From the NCBI GenBank assembly GCA_001643675.2, contig LSRY02000017.1:1054001-1118000 (forward strand): 64,000 nt of DNA, read 5' to 3'. This document shows, piece after piece, positions 25,360 through 36,442 of this stretch; position 1 is the stretch's first letter; each line of letters begins with the position of its first letter. A program made the position numbers and the translations under genes. The notes under the pieces were generated by a model that was not told the DNA's origin, did not search any database, and saw only the letters and a list, made by a program, of their open reading frames with translations. This DNA is from Monocercomonoides exilis PA203 (Eukaryota; Protista; Preaxostyla).

Positions 25360-26310
25360 ATAAATCCTGGAAATTATAGTGTGATCAGCTCAACATTATT
25401 TGTGGCAAAATTTTTCCAATTATAAAAAAAACTGGGAATTGTTCTAAACTTTTTCTACAATCTCTTCATTATAAATCAACCGAAACTACGCAAATAATTG
25501 CAGAAGAATTTAAAAAATTGAGAAAAATATTTGAAAGAGAAGAATGGAACAAAATTCATAAAGCAAAATATTTCGCCCCATTTTTAAACATCAGATCTTG
25601 ATCATGTTTATCCTTGTGAAGTGGATGTGGTTGCTTTCTGTTTATTCAATCTCAAAAAAATATTGTGAAATCTGCTTCGAATAAAACGTGCAGACAAACT
25701 ACAAAAACTTCAACCACTAAAAAAATCTCACAAAAACATGGATGTACAAAAAAATAGTCAAAAAATAAAAATATCTTCAAAACGTTGCTGGTATTAAAAT
25801 AAGAACAAAACAAAAACAAACAAAACGAAAAAATGAAAATGAAATTTGATCCCCAACCAACAAAAACAGATTGCAACCATGAAAAAAAAAGGAATATGCA
25901 AAATATAAAAAGAAGAAAGTGAAAGAGAACTTCAGTGAAAGAACAGCATTCAATTATTGCTCCTCCCCAATTGTCACAATGATTGAAAATGGTGTTCAGC
26001 AAAAAAATCACAAAGTTAATACGAAACAAAACAAAATGCAATAATATTAATAATAAATACACAGCTCTAACAATTTGTTTGCCAATCCAATTCGCATTTT
26101 CTGCAATCTTTCAGAAGACCACAAGTCTCGAAAGATTCAATCCAAAATTCATGAACATACACACAAAACATCATACTCATTCAATTTGGTTTTCACTCCA
26201 TTCCTTGAACAATCTCTCCGTTTTCAACTTCCAACTGAACTCTTCAAAAGAAAAAAAAAAATAAACAAATGACTTTATCAAATGCCTCGAAACATCCCGT
26301 TCTTCTCCAC

Positions 26311-29300
26311 TCATCGAATCAACGAATCTCCACTCTCAGCTTCACTATCCCCACTTCCATCTCTATCCCCCGACCCAACCTCCAACCCAATCGCATCAGT
26401 CACTGTGACCATCACAGCCCCGGCCGGGAAGTGCCCAAACAGCTCCCGCTTCACATCCATCAGCCCTGGCCTCTCCTCTCCATTCTGCGACAAGCACGCT
26501 TTCACCCCCTTGCTCAGCTCGCATCCCTCAAGCTCCTCTGGCCCAGGCCTCTCCCCATTCGCAATCTTCTGCCCCGCCACCTCCGCCTCATACTCCCCAA
26601 ACGGGATCTGGAGCGTCAGACACTCCCACGCCATCATCCCAATCGAAAACACCACCGACTTCTTTGTCGCTCCCATCTTCTTGTTCATCAGTAGCTCAGG
26701 TGCCTTCCACCTCAAACACTCTTTTTTGAAATCATCATCATCCTCAAACGCTGATGAAGGAAGAGAATCATCATCATCATTGTCACTGGCAGATGTCACA
26801 ACGGTCGATGACGAGGTTGAGGATGAATCTGAATCTGAAGAAAAGTCGGAGTGCATCACAATACAAATGACCATGTGTTCTGAGAATAGAACAATATGAG
26901 GACTGAGATTGGAAAGAGATTGAAGAAAATTTTCCATCTCATCAAAGGAGTGAAGTGCGAGATTTGCCACCCAGAACAGGATTTGGGAAGCTGTCTGCTC
27001 CCTCTCCTGCAAACTCCCAATTGCCATCTCTTTTTTCTCATTTCTTCCATGAAGAAGCATGAACAATGAATCTCTTAAATCCACAATCAGCTTCTCATGA
27101 GGAGACGAGCAGGCCATTGCATCCACCAGATTCGACATTGATGATGTGGTGGGGCACAAATCCTCCCCTCGAACAAAAATTGAATCTGAATCAGTTGTTG
27201 AAGTGGATGAAATGGAAGGTGAAGGGGATCTCTTTCTCACCTCTTCTTCCTCAACCTTCTCCAATGCCCATTCAGGAATCTTATCTGAATCTTTCCCCAG
27301 AATGTATTCTGTGGATCCGCTTTCAGATAGAAGATGCTCAGATGACTCTGAATGCTGCATATTCGTATCATATATTCTCTTTTTCATTCTCTCATCATTC
27401 TTCCTCTCTGCCTCTCTCTCCGCTCTTCTCCATTGCTCCTCGGGAGACATCTCCATCGTAGTCATCTCAATCAGCTTCGGATCCTTTTTCACTGTGTCTT
27501 CCACAATGATTTCCAACTCCTCTGTTCTTCGCTTTTGTTTTCTCCATCGAACAGCCAAAACAACAGACACAATAAGCACAATCATGAGAATGATTGCCAT
27601 GATGATCACAATGATCAGCCAAAATGATTTTTGATCTTTTCCTCCTTCAACAATCCTTTCGTTTCCATTTCCCTTTGTTTCACTTGCATTTTTCAGAACA
27701 AATGGATTTGTTGATGAAGGAGACTCTGCATTTCCAAAGAGGATGTGCACACTCACTTCTATTTCGTCTCCGCAATTGCAGAGGAGATCCTTTGCCACAC
27801 TCCCTTCAATTTCTCTTTCTGATAAAAATCCATTTGAATCAAAATCATGCTTTTCGATCTCTTTCTCTTCTCCCTTCCTCTTCACAACTGAGAATGACAG
27901 ATTACAAGGAACAAGAAGCATCCCTTTAAATGTCAGCTTCATTCTACCAGTTTCTTCTTTTGCTTCCACACACTCCAGAACAGGAATGAAGAATGATGAA
28001 TCTCTCTCTGAAACAATCCCTTCAAAACTGCACCCATCATTCAACATCCAAAGTGAAGAGTGATCCTTCAATCCATCTCCTCCTTTCAAACTCAACACAT
28101 TCAATGTTCCTGAATCTGAACAAATGATGTTTCTTCTCAGTGATGAATATCCTTCAATGGATGGATTATTGTTCAAAAACTCTCCTTTTTCAATATTCAC
28201 ATTTCCTCCACTCATTGTAATTCCACCATCTGGTGAAGTCGATATTGTTGTGTCTTTCATCACCACAGAACTCTTCACAACATCCACAAGAGATTCTAAC
28301 CATCTGCACATCTCTTCTTTTGTATTCAAATTCTTTTCATTTCTTTCCTTTGTACTCCCATCAAAAATGCAATTGTCCATTTTCACATCCAAACAATCCT
28401 CCAATTTCATCAATTTCCCTTTTGTATTGTTTGTACTGACTCCACCCATTGTGCAATTTGTCAATTGCATTTCCTTTTTCATTGTCAAGCAAGATATCAA
28501 CGATTCTTCATCTCCTTCAACTGTGATATTTTCAACCTTTAATTTGTCCATATTCAATTGACCACATTCAATAATTTCTATTAGAGAAGTTTTAATTGTT
28601 GAATTGCAAATCGTTAATGAATCGATCAATGATGGAAGAGAAGATGAAAGATGCAATGCAGATTCATGAAGCACAAGATTTGACGCTGTGCATCCATCAA
28701 GTTGCAATTCTCCTTTTTCCATTTTTATAATGTGAAATGGAATATTTGCAAATACTACATTTTCTCCATCCGCCGATTGTTTTGCAGTGAATGAACAATT
28801 CATCACTTCAAGAATCCCTCCTTTTTGTGACATCAGTGAATCATGTCGAGAATTGAAATTCGAATCAAACACAAAGTTCACTCTCAGCAATGAAACTGTT
28901 CCACTTGTTGTAATCAAAGCCTCTCTTGTTTTTTCAATCTCTGTTTCAACTTCAACTTCACACATCTCTCTGTTCTTTGAGCTCAAACTCATCTCCTCCA
29001 AATTCATCTCTTCACCAATCACACTCCCCTCAACAACGAACATTTGGCTAATGAAATTTGAAGTCAGATGCACCAGCCCATAATCAATCGAAGCACATGG
29101 AAGTGTGTTGGTTCCACACTGCCTCTCATTCGATCCATTCACTCTGCTCACAACAATTGTATCGCTCTGATGGATCGTCACAAAATCAATCAGATCTGTA
29201 TCATTTGTGTGCTCACAACTATCAATTCCATATATCGCATTCATTCTGGTGTAACGGCCTTCTCGAAGATCAAATCGAAACTGGGTTTCATTGATCTGCG

Positions 29301-32300
29301 ATGTGATGTTGAAGCATTCAATGAAAATGTCATTCCCCACACTTGCTGTGTTTGCGTTGAACTTCATCTCCATAAATGTGAAATTCAAATCTCCTCTTTC
29401 CTTTGTTGCCAGATACACCCCTCCTCCTCTTCCCGTGCTGTCGCTGCAGCTGCAATGGCTGATTGCTGAGTCAATCATATTCATCGATCCAGATGCACCC
29501 AATGTGAAGAATATTGCTCCTCCTTTTTCACTCAATTCTGCTTTGTCTTCTGTGATGTTACTCTCATTCACAACCAAACAAATCTTATTCTCACTCGCAG
29601 ACTCCAAAATGCTCGCTCCATTGTCACTTCTCTTTACTCCTGAAAATGATGATTTGTTAATCTCAATATTTGTCCATTCTTCATCTTCTTCATTTATCTT
29701 CAATCTTTGTTCTGATTTCTTGGTTGACAAAATGCATCCTCCACTTTCATTCAACAATTCCACTCGAACATTCACCAAATGGCAAACAACTCCAGAATCG
29801 CGAATGGTAAATATACTGTTTCCAACATTGCACGATTCCATCGACAAATCATTCACTTTTACGCTTCCTCCAATCACATCCACAAACACACAATCATATC
29901 CATTGTTCACTTCTGCTTCTGAATGGAATGCACATCCAGTTATCACTAAATCTCCTTCTTTGTTTGAAATAATCGTTTTGGCTGAGTTGTCAAATCCAGA
30001 TTTCAGTTGAAGTTGGATATTTATCAATTCAAGATGATTATCATTTTCCATGAAATATTCCAGTTGACTTCCAATTGCCTTTTCAAAATTCAATATTGCT
30101 TTTGTATCTTCTTCTCCCATCTTTACACTCTTTTTGATCTGATAATTGGACACATTGAATGAATCTCGAATAATTGTTGATCCTTCGATTTGTATTGTTT
30201 TCATTTCATCTCCCTCTTTCATGTTTTCCATCCCTTTCCACATCGTGAAGCATGGTTCTTCTTCACTTCCACAGCGTTCCACATCAAATCCACTCGATGA
30301 GATAAATATCTCAATTGAGCTGTACGGAACGAGGAACATGAATAAATCTTTTTCTTGATGAAAATCATCACTTCCAACAAACAAAGTCTTATCATCCTTC
30401 ATTGATGAGTAATCAAACTTGAATGAGTCATTCGTCACAGAACTGTTGAAATCCTTTCCCAAAATGAACATATTCTTTCCAATATCTGCTTTGTTGCTAT
30501 CAAACATTACACCTTCCAAAAGAAATGGTTTTTCAATCAAACAATTTTGACAATCCAAATACAAGAATCCTCCTTTTCCATTTGTTGTTAAAAGCGAACA
30601 AGAAGATGCATTTGTCGATTTGATCTCCAGTTTTTCATTCCCTTTCAAAATCACTTTTGTTGAACCTCCTTCACTGCTTCCAGTGTTCACAATATTTGTA
30701 AAGTTGCAGTCTTCAAGCAAAACAGAAGAAGACATCATCATTGGGGATTTGACAAACGAACAATCTGTCAGACTGCATTCTTTCAATGTGCAACTTCCGC
30801 TTGTTGTGGTTATCAAAGAGTATTGAATGATATCTGATGACTGATTTTCAAAGGAACAGTTTTTGAGTTGAAGAATCCCACTCGATGAAATCAACGAATT
30901 CATGTTTGACACAAATTGACTTGGAACCTGCAACTTCAAAGACAACAAGCTGAATGAAACTGTTGATGAAATAACAGATGAAGAAGATGCAGAATCTCCA
31001 TTGATTGTCCCTTCAAAATAAACTGTCTTGTGTTTGATTTCATCTCCCTCATTCACACATCCATCAATTACAAGTGTATCTGTGAAAGAATAAATATCTT
31101 CAATTGTCCCTTCATCTTTAACTTTCATTTTCATTTCTCCTTCTGTCTCACTTCTGTCAATGTGGTCAATTCCACTTTTCATCGATTGACATGGGAATAT
31201 TTCACTCCCACATCCCAATGTGTCATGCCCATCCTTCGACACAGACACAACCATCCACTTCAAAGAAACAAGAAACACTCGGAGATCCATTTCTCCATAT
31301 TTCCCATCTTCCCCAACAAATGCATTCCCATCATCCTTATATTCCGCGCAATCAAATGCAAAACGCTCTGTATTCACAGTATTCACCAGATTGTTGCTCT
31401 TCACAAACATGTTCTTACCAATTGCTGCCCTGCATCCAGAAAACGATATTGACGAAAGTTGAAATCCTCCTTCATTCAGGCTGCAATCCAGATATATCCC
31501 TCCACCTCTTCCTCCGGAACTCGCATCCTCACTCACACAACAGTCGGAGAAGGTGGTGTTGCTCACTGAAAATGCATTGTCAGAGGCGGATGAGGCGAAT
31601 GAGATGCATCCTCCATTGGTTGCAGTTTGTTGGTTCAGCTGTGATGAGTGGATGTTGACCATGGTGCAGTTGGTAATGGAGAGGGAGAGGGCAGGGGAGG
31701 TGGTAGAGGAGAGGACACAGCTGGCGGGGGTGGCAGTGGAGGTGATATCGGTGATGTTGGAGGAGTTGAGGGTGAGGGGAGCGGTGAGGGAGGTGAGGTG
31801 GAAGATGCTTTGGCTGTTGAGGGTGAGACTGGTGATTGCTGTGTGGTTGAGGGCGAGGGAGCCAGCAGTGAGGAAGAAGAGGGGGGTTGTGATTGATGAT
31901 GAAGATGGAGTTGTTCCGGTGATGATGGTTGTGTTGAGGTTGAGGGAAGGGGAGTTTTGGGAGAGGTGGAAGAGGATGGGGGCGATTTGATTTGTGGAGT
32001 TGTGTGCGATGGCGAGGGCAGAGACTGTGAGAGAGCCCTGTGTTTGTTGGAAGAGGGCAGAAGTGGCAGATGGATCTGGTGAAGAAGATGCAGATGAAAA
32101 TGATGAATATGATGAATATGATGATGATGACTGTGATGACTGTGAATGTGAGTTTGGTTGTTGAGGAATGCCACTGGATGCGATGGTTGTGGTAGTTGTG
32201 CTATTTCCTGTGATTTTTGTATTTGGTGCACGGAACGTGAGTGTCTGAGCTGGAGTGAAAGTGGAGAGGAGGAGAGTGAGGGAGGCATCGCTGAAGGGAG

Positions 32301-34212
32301 CAATGCATCCGAGTGCATACTCCATCGTGGCACATGGGTTTTGCTGTGTTTTGCCACAGGCATCGACATCATTTCCACCATTTGCAACGATTTTGTTCTG
32401 GTTGATGATTGGTAGCCAGCCATTATATTCAGCGTTGTCAGCAGTTCCATTATTCCACACTCTTTTTGTTGGAGCTGTTGAACCACATTGCTGGAAAGGA
32501 GATTGGGTGATTGCACTTCCGCTGAAGAACACATCATTTCCTTTGCCACTAGAAGCGGAATTACCATCAAAGAAGCAAAATACTATGAATTTTGTTCCAT
32601 TCATCCAGACATGTGTTGATGCAATAAAAATTGCTGCCCCACAACTCGATGTAGGAGCTGTCAATTCATTATCAACAAATGAACACTCTTCGAGTAAAAA
32701 ACTATTTGGCTTTTTGACTGGAGAATAATTAAATGTTAAAGAACCTGTTGAATCAACTCCTGAATTTGCAATACACTCACATTTTATAAATAAGAATTGT
32801 GCATTTTCTGGAATGCCACCAATCCCAAAATACCAACCTGTTCCAAAGGTGCTTGTTATTTTGCAATATTCAACTCTGTTTTCTTGGAACATCCAAACAG
32901 AAAATGATTGAGGGCTCCAAGCCGTTAGTGCTCCTCCATTTCCAGCTAAACAGCTTGTGAAATTGGATTTCGTGATGTTGATATTTAACGAATAATCAAA
33001 ACATATCGCTCCTCCATGATCACTTGTTGAGCAATTATTAAATATGCATGATGCGATTGTGGAACTCGCATTCTTACAAAAAACATAAAGTGCACCTCCT
33101 GCAGAAGACGCACCATTTGAATCTTCCCATTCGCACCATTCGAAGCGATGGCTGTTCAGATCAAATGAATCCATTCTTTTCAGTTTCACTCTTTGAGATT
33201 CTGTTCCTTCATATATAACAGGATTATTCGGAGAAGAGCGAGTTTGATGGATGAAAGAAGCATTGAAGGTTGAGAGAGAAGTGGATGGACTGTTGAGGGA
33301 AGGGAGGATGGCACCATCAACTGGGTTGTGAGTGTGGATGAAGATGGTTGAGTGAATGGAAATTGATGAGTGAAGAGAGTGGAAGGGGATTGTGTTTGAA
33401 TTGGTGTTGGTGGCAGTGGTTGTGGTGAATGAGTTGTGCTGGTGTGCGGTGTTTGTGGTGGTTGGGGTTGTTGTGGTGAATGTAGTGATTGAGTGTGAGG
33501 AAAGTAATGTTTGTGTTAAATGTGGTGAGAGAGAAGAGATGTTGGAGAAGAGCGTGCTTGAGAGATGGAGATTGAGGTGGATTTGGGGGTGAAGAGGGGA
33601 AGAAGGGGAAAAAAGGAAGGGCTGGTGGAAGGAGACGAAAGAGGAGAAAGAGGAGTGGGAGATGGAGAAGGAGGTGGAGACTGGGGAGTGAGAAGAAGAG
33701 AAGAGATAATTTGGGGTGGAGAAGAAGGGGAAGGAGAGAATGGCCGGTTGAGGGACGAGGAGGGAGAAGTTCGTGAGGGAGAGAGAGCTGTGTGCAGAGA
33801 GGAAGAGTGGGTGGTGTTTGTGATTGTGATTGTGGTGTGTGTGGATTTGGCAGGCAGAGGAGAAAATGGTGGCAGCTGAGTGCTTGTGGGCAGTGACAAA
33901 CGCACAGCCGCTGAGAGGCACCATGGTGAGGTGGCTCACGCACAACGAGCTGTTGACGATAACAAGACTTGTTTCAGCACAACACAACCGGTTCCCAGCT
34001 GCATTCCCAATAACTTCCCTTCGAATGAAATAATTATTGTTATCCGCTCCTTTTTCATCTGATATATTGATCTCGCCTTTTGGCATCTCCTCATCGCATA
34101 TTTGTTGAATATGCCTTTCTTCAATGCCTCTGCAACTGCAGCTGTAAGCAACCAGCAACAACAATGCAGCAAAATGGAATGCAGTTTTTATGCTGGTGGA
34201 GCACCTCACCAT
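26311..34212 (-). CDS. Intronless receptor-like surface protein: signal peptide, beta-helix (pectin-lyase/PMP-like) ectodomain, one TM helix, degenerate TKL/tyrosine-kinase-like domain
   Basis: 2633-aa ORF; N-terminal hydrophobic FHFAALLLLVAYSC; repeated GGA(I/L)x / FxxN(C) motifs and four CGxxxxPCx(T/S) motifs; TM FWLIIVIIMAIILMIVLIVSVVLAV followed by RWRKQKRR; kinase C-lobe RWKAPELL...VFSIGMMAWECLTLQIPF...GERP. Confidence 0.88.
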   Translation of the reverse strand: MVRCSTSIKTAFHFAALLLLVAYSCSCRGIEERHIQQICDEEMPKGEINISDEKGADNNNYFIRREVIGNAAGNRLCCAETSLVIVNSSLCVSHLTMVPLSGCAFVTAHKHSAATIFSSACQIHTHHNHNHKHHPLFLSAHSSLSLTNFSLLVPQPAILSFPFFSTPNYLFSSSHSPVSTSFSISHSSFSSFVSFHQPFLFSPSSPLHPQIHLNLHLSSTLFSNISSLSPHLTQTLLSSHSITTFTTTTPTTTNTAHQHNSFTTTTATNTNSNTIPFHSLHSSISIHSTIFIHTHNPVDGAILPSLNSPSTSLSTFNASFIHQTRSSPNNPVIYEGTESQRVKLKRMDSFDLNSHRFEWCEWEDSNGASSAGGALYVFCKNASSTIASCIFNNCSTSDHGGAICFDYSLNINITKSNFTSCLAGNGGALTAWSPQSFSVWMFQENRVEYCKITSTFGTGWYFGIGGIPENAQFLFIKCECIANSGVDSTGSLTFNYSPVKKPNSFLLEECSFVDNELTAPTSSCGAAIFIASTHVWMNGTKFIVFCFFDGNSASSGKGNDVFFSGSAITQSPFQQCGSTAPTKRVWNNGTADNAEYNGWLPIINQNKIVANGGNDVDACGKTQQNPCATMEYALGCIAPFSDASLTLLLSTFTPAQTLTFRAPNTKITGNSTTTTTIASSGIPQQPNSHSQSSQSSSSYSSYSSFSSASSSPDPSATSALFQQTQGSLTVSALAIAHNSTNQIAPILFHLSQNSPSLNLNTTIITGTTPSSSSITTPLFFLTAGSLALNHTAITSLTLNSQSIFHLTSLTAPLTLNSSNITDITSTATPASCVLSSTTSPALSLSITNCTMVNIHSSQLNQQTATNGGCISFASSASDNAFSVSNTTFSDCCVSEDASSGGRGGGIYLDCSLNEGGFQLSSISFSGCRAAIGKNMFVKSNNLVNTVNTERFAFDCAEYKDDGNAFVGEDGKYGEMDLRVFLVSLKWMVVSVSKDGHDTLGCGSEIFPCQSMKSGIDHIDRSETEGEMKMKVKDEGTIEDIYSFTDTLVIDGCVNEGDEIKHKTVYFEGTINGDSASSSSVISSTVSFSLLSLKLQVPSQFVSNMNSLISSSGILQLKNCSFENQSSDIIQYSLITTTSGSCTLKECSLTDCSFVKSPMMMSSSVLLEDCNFTNIVNTGSSEGGSTKVILKGNEKLEIKSTNASSCSLLTTNGKGGFLYLDCQNCLIEKPFLLEGVMFDSNKADIGKNMFILGKDFNSSVTNDSFKFDYSSMKDDKTLFVGSDDFHQEKDLFMFLVPYSSIEIFISSSGFDVERCGSEEEPCFTMWKGMENMKEGDEMKTIQIEGSTIIRDSFNVSNYQIKKSVKMGEEDTKAILNFEKAIGSQLEYFMENDNHLELINIQLQLKSGFDNSAKTIISNKEGDLVITGCAFHSEAEVNNGYDCVFVDVIGGSVKVNDLSMESCNVGNSIFTIRDSGVVCHLVNVRVELLNESGGCILSTKKSEQRLKINEEDEEWTNIEINKSSFSGVKRSDNGASILESASENKICLVVNESNITEDKAELSEKGGAIFFTLGASGSMNMIDSAISHCSCSDSTGRGGGVYLATKERGDLNFTFMEMKFNANTASVGNDIFIECFNITSQINETQFRFDLREGRYTRMNAIYGIDSCEHTNDTDLIDFVTIHQSDTIVVSRVNGSNERQCGTNTLPCASIDYGLVHLTSNFISQMFVVEGSVIGEEMNLEEMSLSSKNREMCEVEVETEIEKTREALITTSGTVSLLRVNFVFDSNFNSRHDSLMSQKGGILEVMNCSFTAKQSADGENVVFANIPFHIIKMEKGELQLDGCTASNLVLHESALHLSSSLPSLIDSLTICNSTIKTSLIEIIECGQLNMDKLKVENITVEGDEESLISCLTMKKEMQLTNCTMGGVSTNNTKGKLMKLEDCLDVKMDNCIFDGSTKERNEKNLNTKEEMCRWLESLVDVVKSSVVMKDTTISTSPDGGITMSGGNVNIEKGEFLNNNPSIEGYSSLRRNIICSDSGTLNVLSLKGGDGLKDHSSLWMLNDGCSFEGIVSERDSSFFIPVLECVEAKEETGRMKLTFKGMLLVPCNLSFSVVKRKGEEKEIEKHDFDSNGFLSEREIEGSVAKDLLCNCGDEIEVSVHILFGNAESPSSTNPFVLKNASETKGNGNERIVEGGKDQKSFWLIIVIIMAIILMIVLIVSVVLAVRWRKQKRRTEELEIIVEDTVKKDPKLIEMTTMEMSPEEQWRRAEREAERKNDERMKKRIYDTNMQHSESSEHLLSESGSTEYILGKDSDKIPEWALEKVEEEEVRKRSPSPSISSTSTTDSDSIFVRGEDLCPTTSSMSNLVDAMACSSPHEKLIVDLRDSLFMLLHGRNEKKEMAIGSLQEREQTASQILFWVANLALHSFDEMENFLQSLSNLSPHIVLFSEHMVICIVMHSDFSSDSDSSSTSSSTVVTSASDNDDDDSLPSSAFEDDDDFKKECLRWKAPELLMNKKMGATKKSVVFSIGMMAWECLTLQIPFGEYEAEVAGQKIANGERPGPEELEGCELSKGVKACLSQNGEERPGLMDVKRELFGHFPAGAVMVTVTDAIGLEVGSGDRDGSGDSEAESGDSLIR

Positions 34213-34575
34213 GGATGTGTATGGAAGAAAAAACGAAAATCAAAATTGCCTGCACCCCTTATTATTTTCTTTTCAAAGAAATTAAATATTTTGAAAAAGT
34301 GAAAGATCACTTCTAAAAAAATATTCCATATGTTATTCATATAAAAATATATATTTTAATTAATTTTATTTTTGTTTTTGATAACTTTTAAAATTGATAT
34401 TTAAAAAATACTGAATTAAAAAATGGAAAGGATCGAAAAAGAAAATTTTCTGCAAATGATAACTTATAGCGGAAGCTCAAATTTTGTTAATTGTTTATTT
34501 TTTATTATTATCGTATATTGGATGATTTTTATTAGAAATTATGTTCGAAAAGTTAAAAAAAAAACTTTATGAATA

Positions 34576-35768
34576 CACCATTTATTATTCAAATTTGGTA
34601 AACTTATTATTTGAAATTGGCCAACTTATTATTTAAAATAAATAAACTAATTATTCGATTTTGGTGAACTAATTATTCGAAATTGGTTAACTTCTATTTA
34701 AAATTAATAAATTTGAGTATTTTTTGAAAAAAAATTTTTTGTGAAAAATTGGTTTTTACTTAATATCGGAATGTGATTAAAATATAATATATTTTTTCAT
34801 AATTTATTAAAAAAATGAGAACTTGAACCCCGAATTTTTTAATTTGTCAACAAACATGAAATTTTCTGATTTTTCTGAAAAAAATCATCATCATGATAAT
34901 CGGATAATTTTTGAATTAATACACCTAACATTGTTTTATTATGAAAAAATCAATCATGAAACGTTATTTGAAATTGAAGATCTTAAGATAAACAATAAAT
35001 AACAATAGAAGAATTCCGAAAATGCAATCATGGATTTATGAAATTGTGAAAAATATTGGAATTTTGTTAGAAAAATTGATTCAAAATTTTTTTCTTGGTT
35101 GAATTATGCATTATTAATCGATGTGAGGTGAATTCATTTGAAAATTATTCTATTTCCATGATGATGATTTTTTTTCTATAAAATTAGAAATTTTCATGTT
35201 TATTCACGAACAATAATATTCGAGGTTCAATTTCTCATCATTTTGATAAATAATAAAATGAAATAATATTTTAATCACTTTCCAACACTCAACCAAAAAC
35301 CGATTTTTCTCAAAAAATTTTTTTATAAAAATACTCAATTTCATGAATTTCGAATAAGTTTTCCAATTTCAAAAAAAATGTTTTACTATTATGAATAATT
35401 AGTTTAACAACTTCGACTAATTGGGTGATTATTTTTGAAATCATAACTTTTTTCGGGATTTGCATAATTATGAAAATTTTATGAATTTGAAAACAAAATT
35501 TTTGTTGAAAAGTTTTGTTCATTTTATATAATCTTAATTCATAGTTTGATGTGAAAGAAAGACAGAAATGATATTAGATGGAGTTATTTCTTTTCTGTGT
35601 TCATTGACAAAAATGGAAAAGGAAAAATTTAAACAATAATATTAATCCGAATTATTTCTTCGAAGAAATATGATTTCGAAAATAATCACCCAATTTGTTA
35701 ATTAATTAAGAATATGTAGTCGACCAATTTCGAATAATGAGTGGACAAAATTTGAACATTAAATGGTG
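34576..35768. mobile_element. Foldback-type non-autonomous element with long inverted arms and 22-bp subterminal repeats; TA target duplication
   Basis: ta|CACCATTTATTATTCAAATTTGG ... CAAAATTTGAACATTAAATGGTG|ta; 22-bp units (attattcgaaattggttaactt-like) in both arms; ~34710-34990 is the diverged reverse complement of ~35065-35340. Confidence 0.8.
35423..35691. mobile_element. MITE nested in the foldback element (GGG termini, AATT flanks; Sola-like signature)
   Basis: TIR GGGTGATTATTTT(T/C)GAAATCATA; AATT on both sides; removing it plus one AATT restores the host's 22-bp repeat period. Confidence 0.82.
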
Positions 35769-35773
35769 TATAT

Positions 35774-36240
35774 GGGTAATCATTTTTGAATTCGTATTCT
35801 CTCTATCAAATTTTCGGTTTGAATATTTGTTTAGAATATTCATAAAATAACACAAAAAAGTGTTGGATCTATTCAATGACGTTTCTGCTATTTTTTGGTA
35901 TCAAACTCTTGCTTTTGTTGTTATTGATATGCATTCAACATTTAAATGAAAAATATTTAACTAATGACGAAAAACATTTGGATATAACTGATAATTTTTG
36001 AAATTACATTTTTTTATACATATTTTTCTGTACAAAAATTTCCTTTGAATAAAAATTAATCATCACTGAAGAGTGAAAAGGCTCAATAGAGAAATGTTTA
36101 TCTTCATTTCAGCTGATTCACTTATTCTTAAAATATTTGTGATAAATAAAGCATTTGAATTCATAAGCTTCACGCAATGATAAACAGAATTTGAAAATAC
36201 AACACACCGAAAAAAGAAATGATTTGAAAAAAAATCACCC
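35774..36240. mobile_element. Older MITE related to 35423-35691
   Basis: Starts GGGTAATCATTTTTGAATTCGTA, ends GAAATGATTTGAAAAAAAATCACCC; flanks ATAT / ATTT (one mismatch). Confidence 0.6.
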
Positions 36241-36442
36241 ATTTATTTTTCAAAATATTTCAGTTCAACTTGGTTATTGGATCATCTCCACTTTTAAAAA
36301 CTTTATATGCATATTCTCCCTTTCTTTTTGAACAATTGTCACATAAAAAATTAAATAATATAAAATTAAATAAATGATGGCACCTTTTCCATTCCGCTAT
36401 TGAAAGAATTATCCGCAAAAATTGGTAAAGAAAAGAGTGAAG

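Noticed and set aside
25370-26270. Short AT-rich ORFs and a coding-looking fragment (ETTQIIAEEFKKLRKIFER)
   Set aside because: No consistent exon chain or recognisable motif; could be a decayed gene but cannot be supported.
34584-34715. 22-bp periodic repeats resembling a CRISPR array
   Set aside because: Units are contiguous and degenerate with no unique spacers, are mirrored at the other end of a TIR element, and there are no cas genes.
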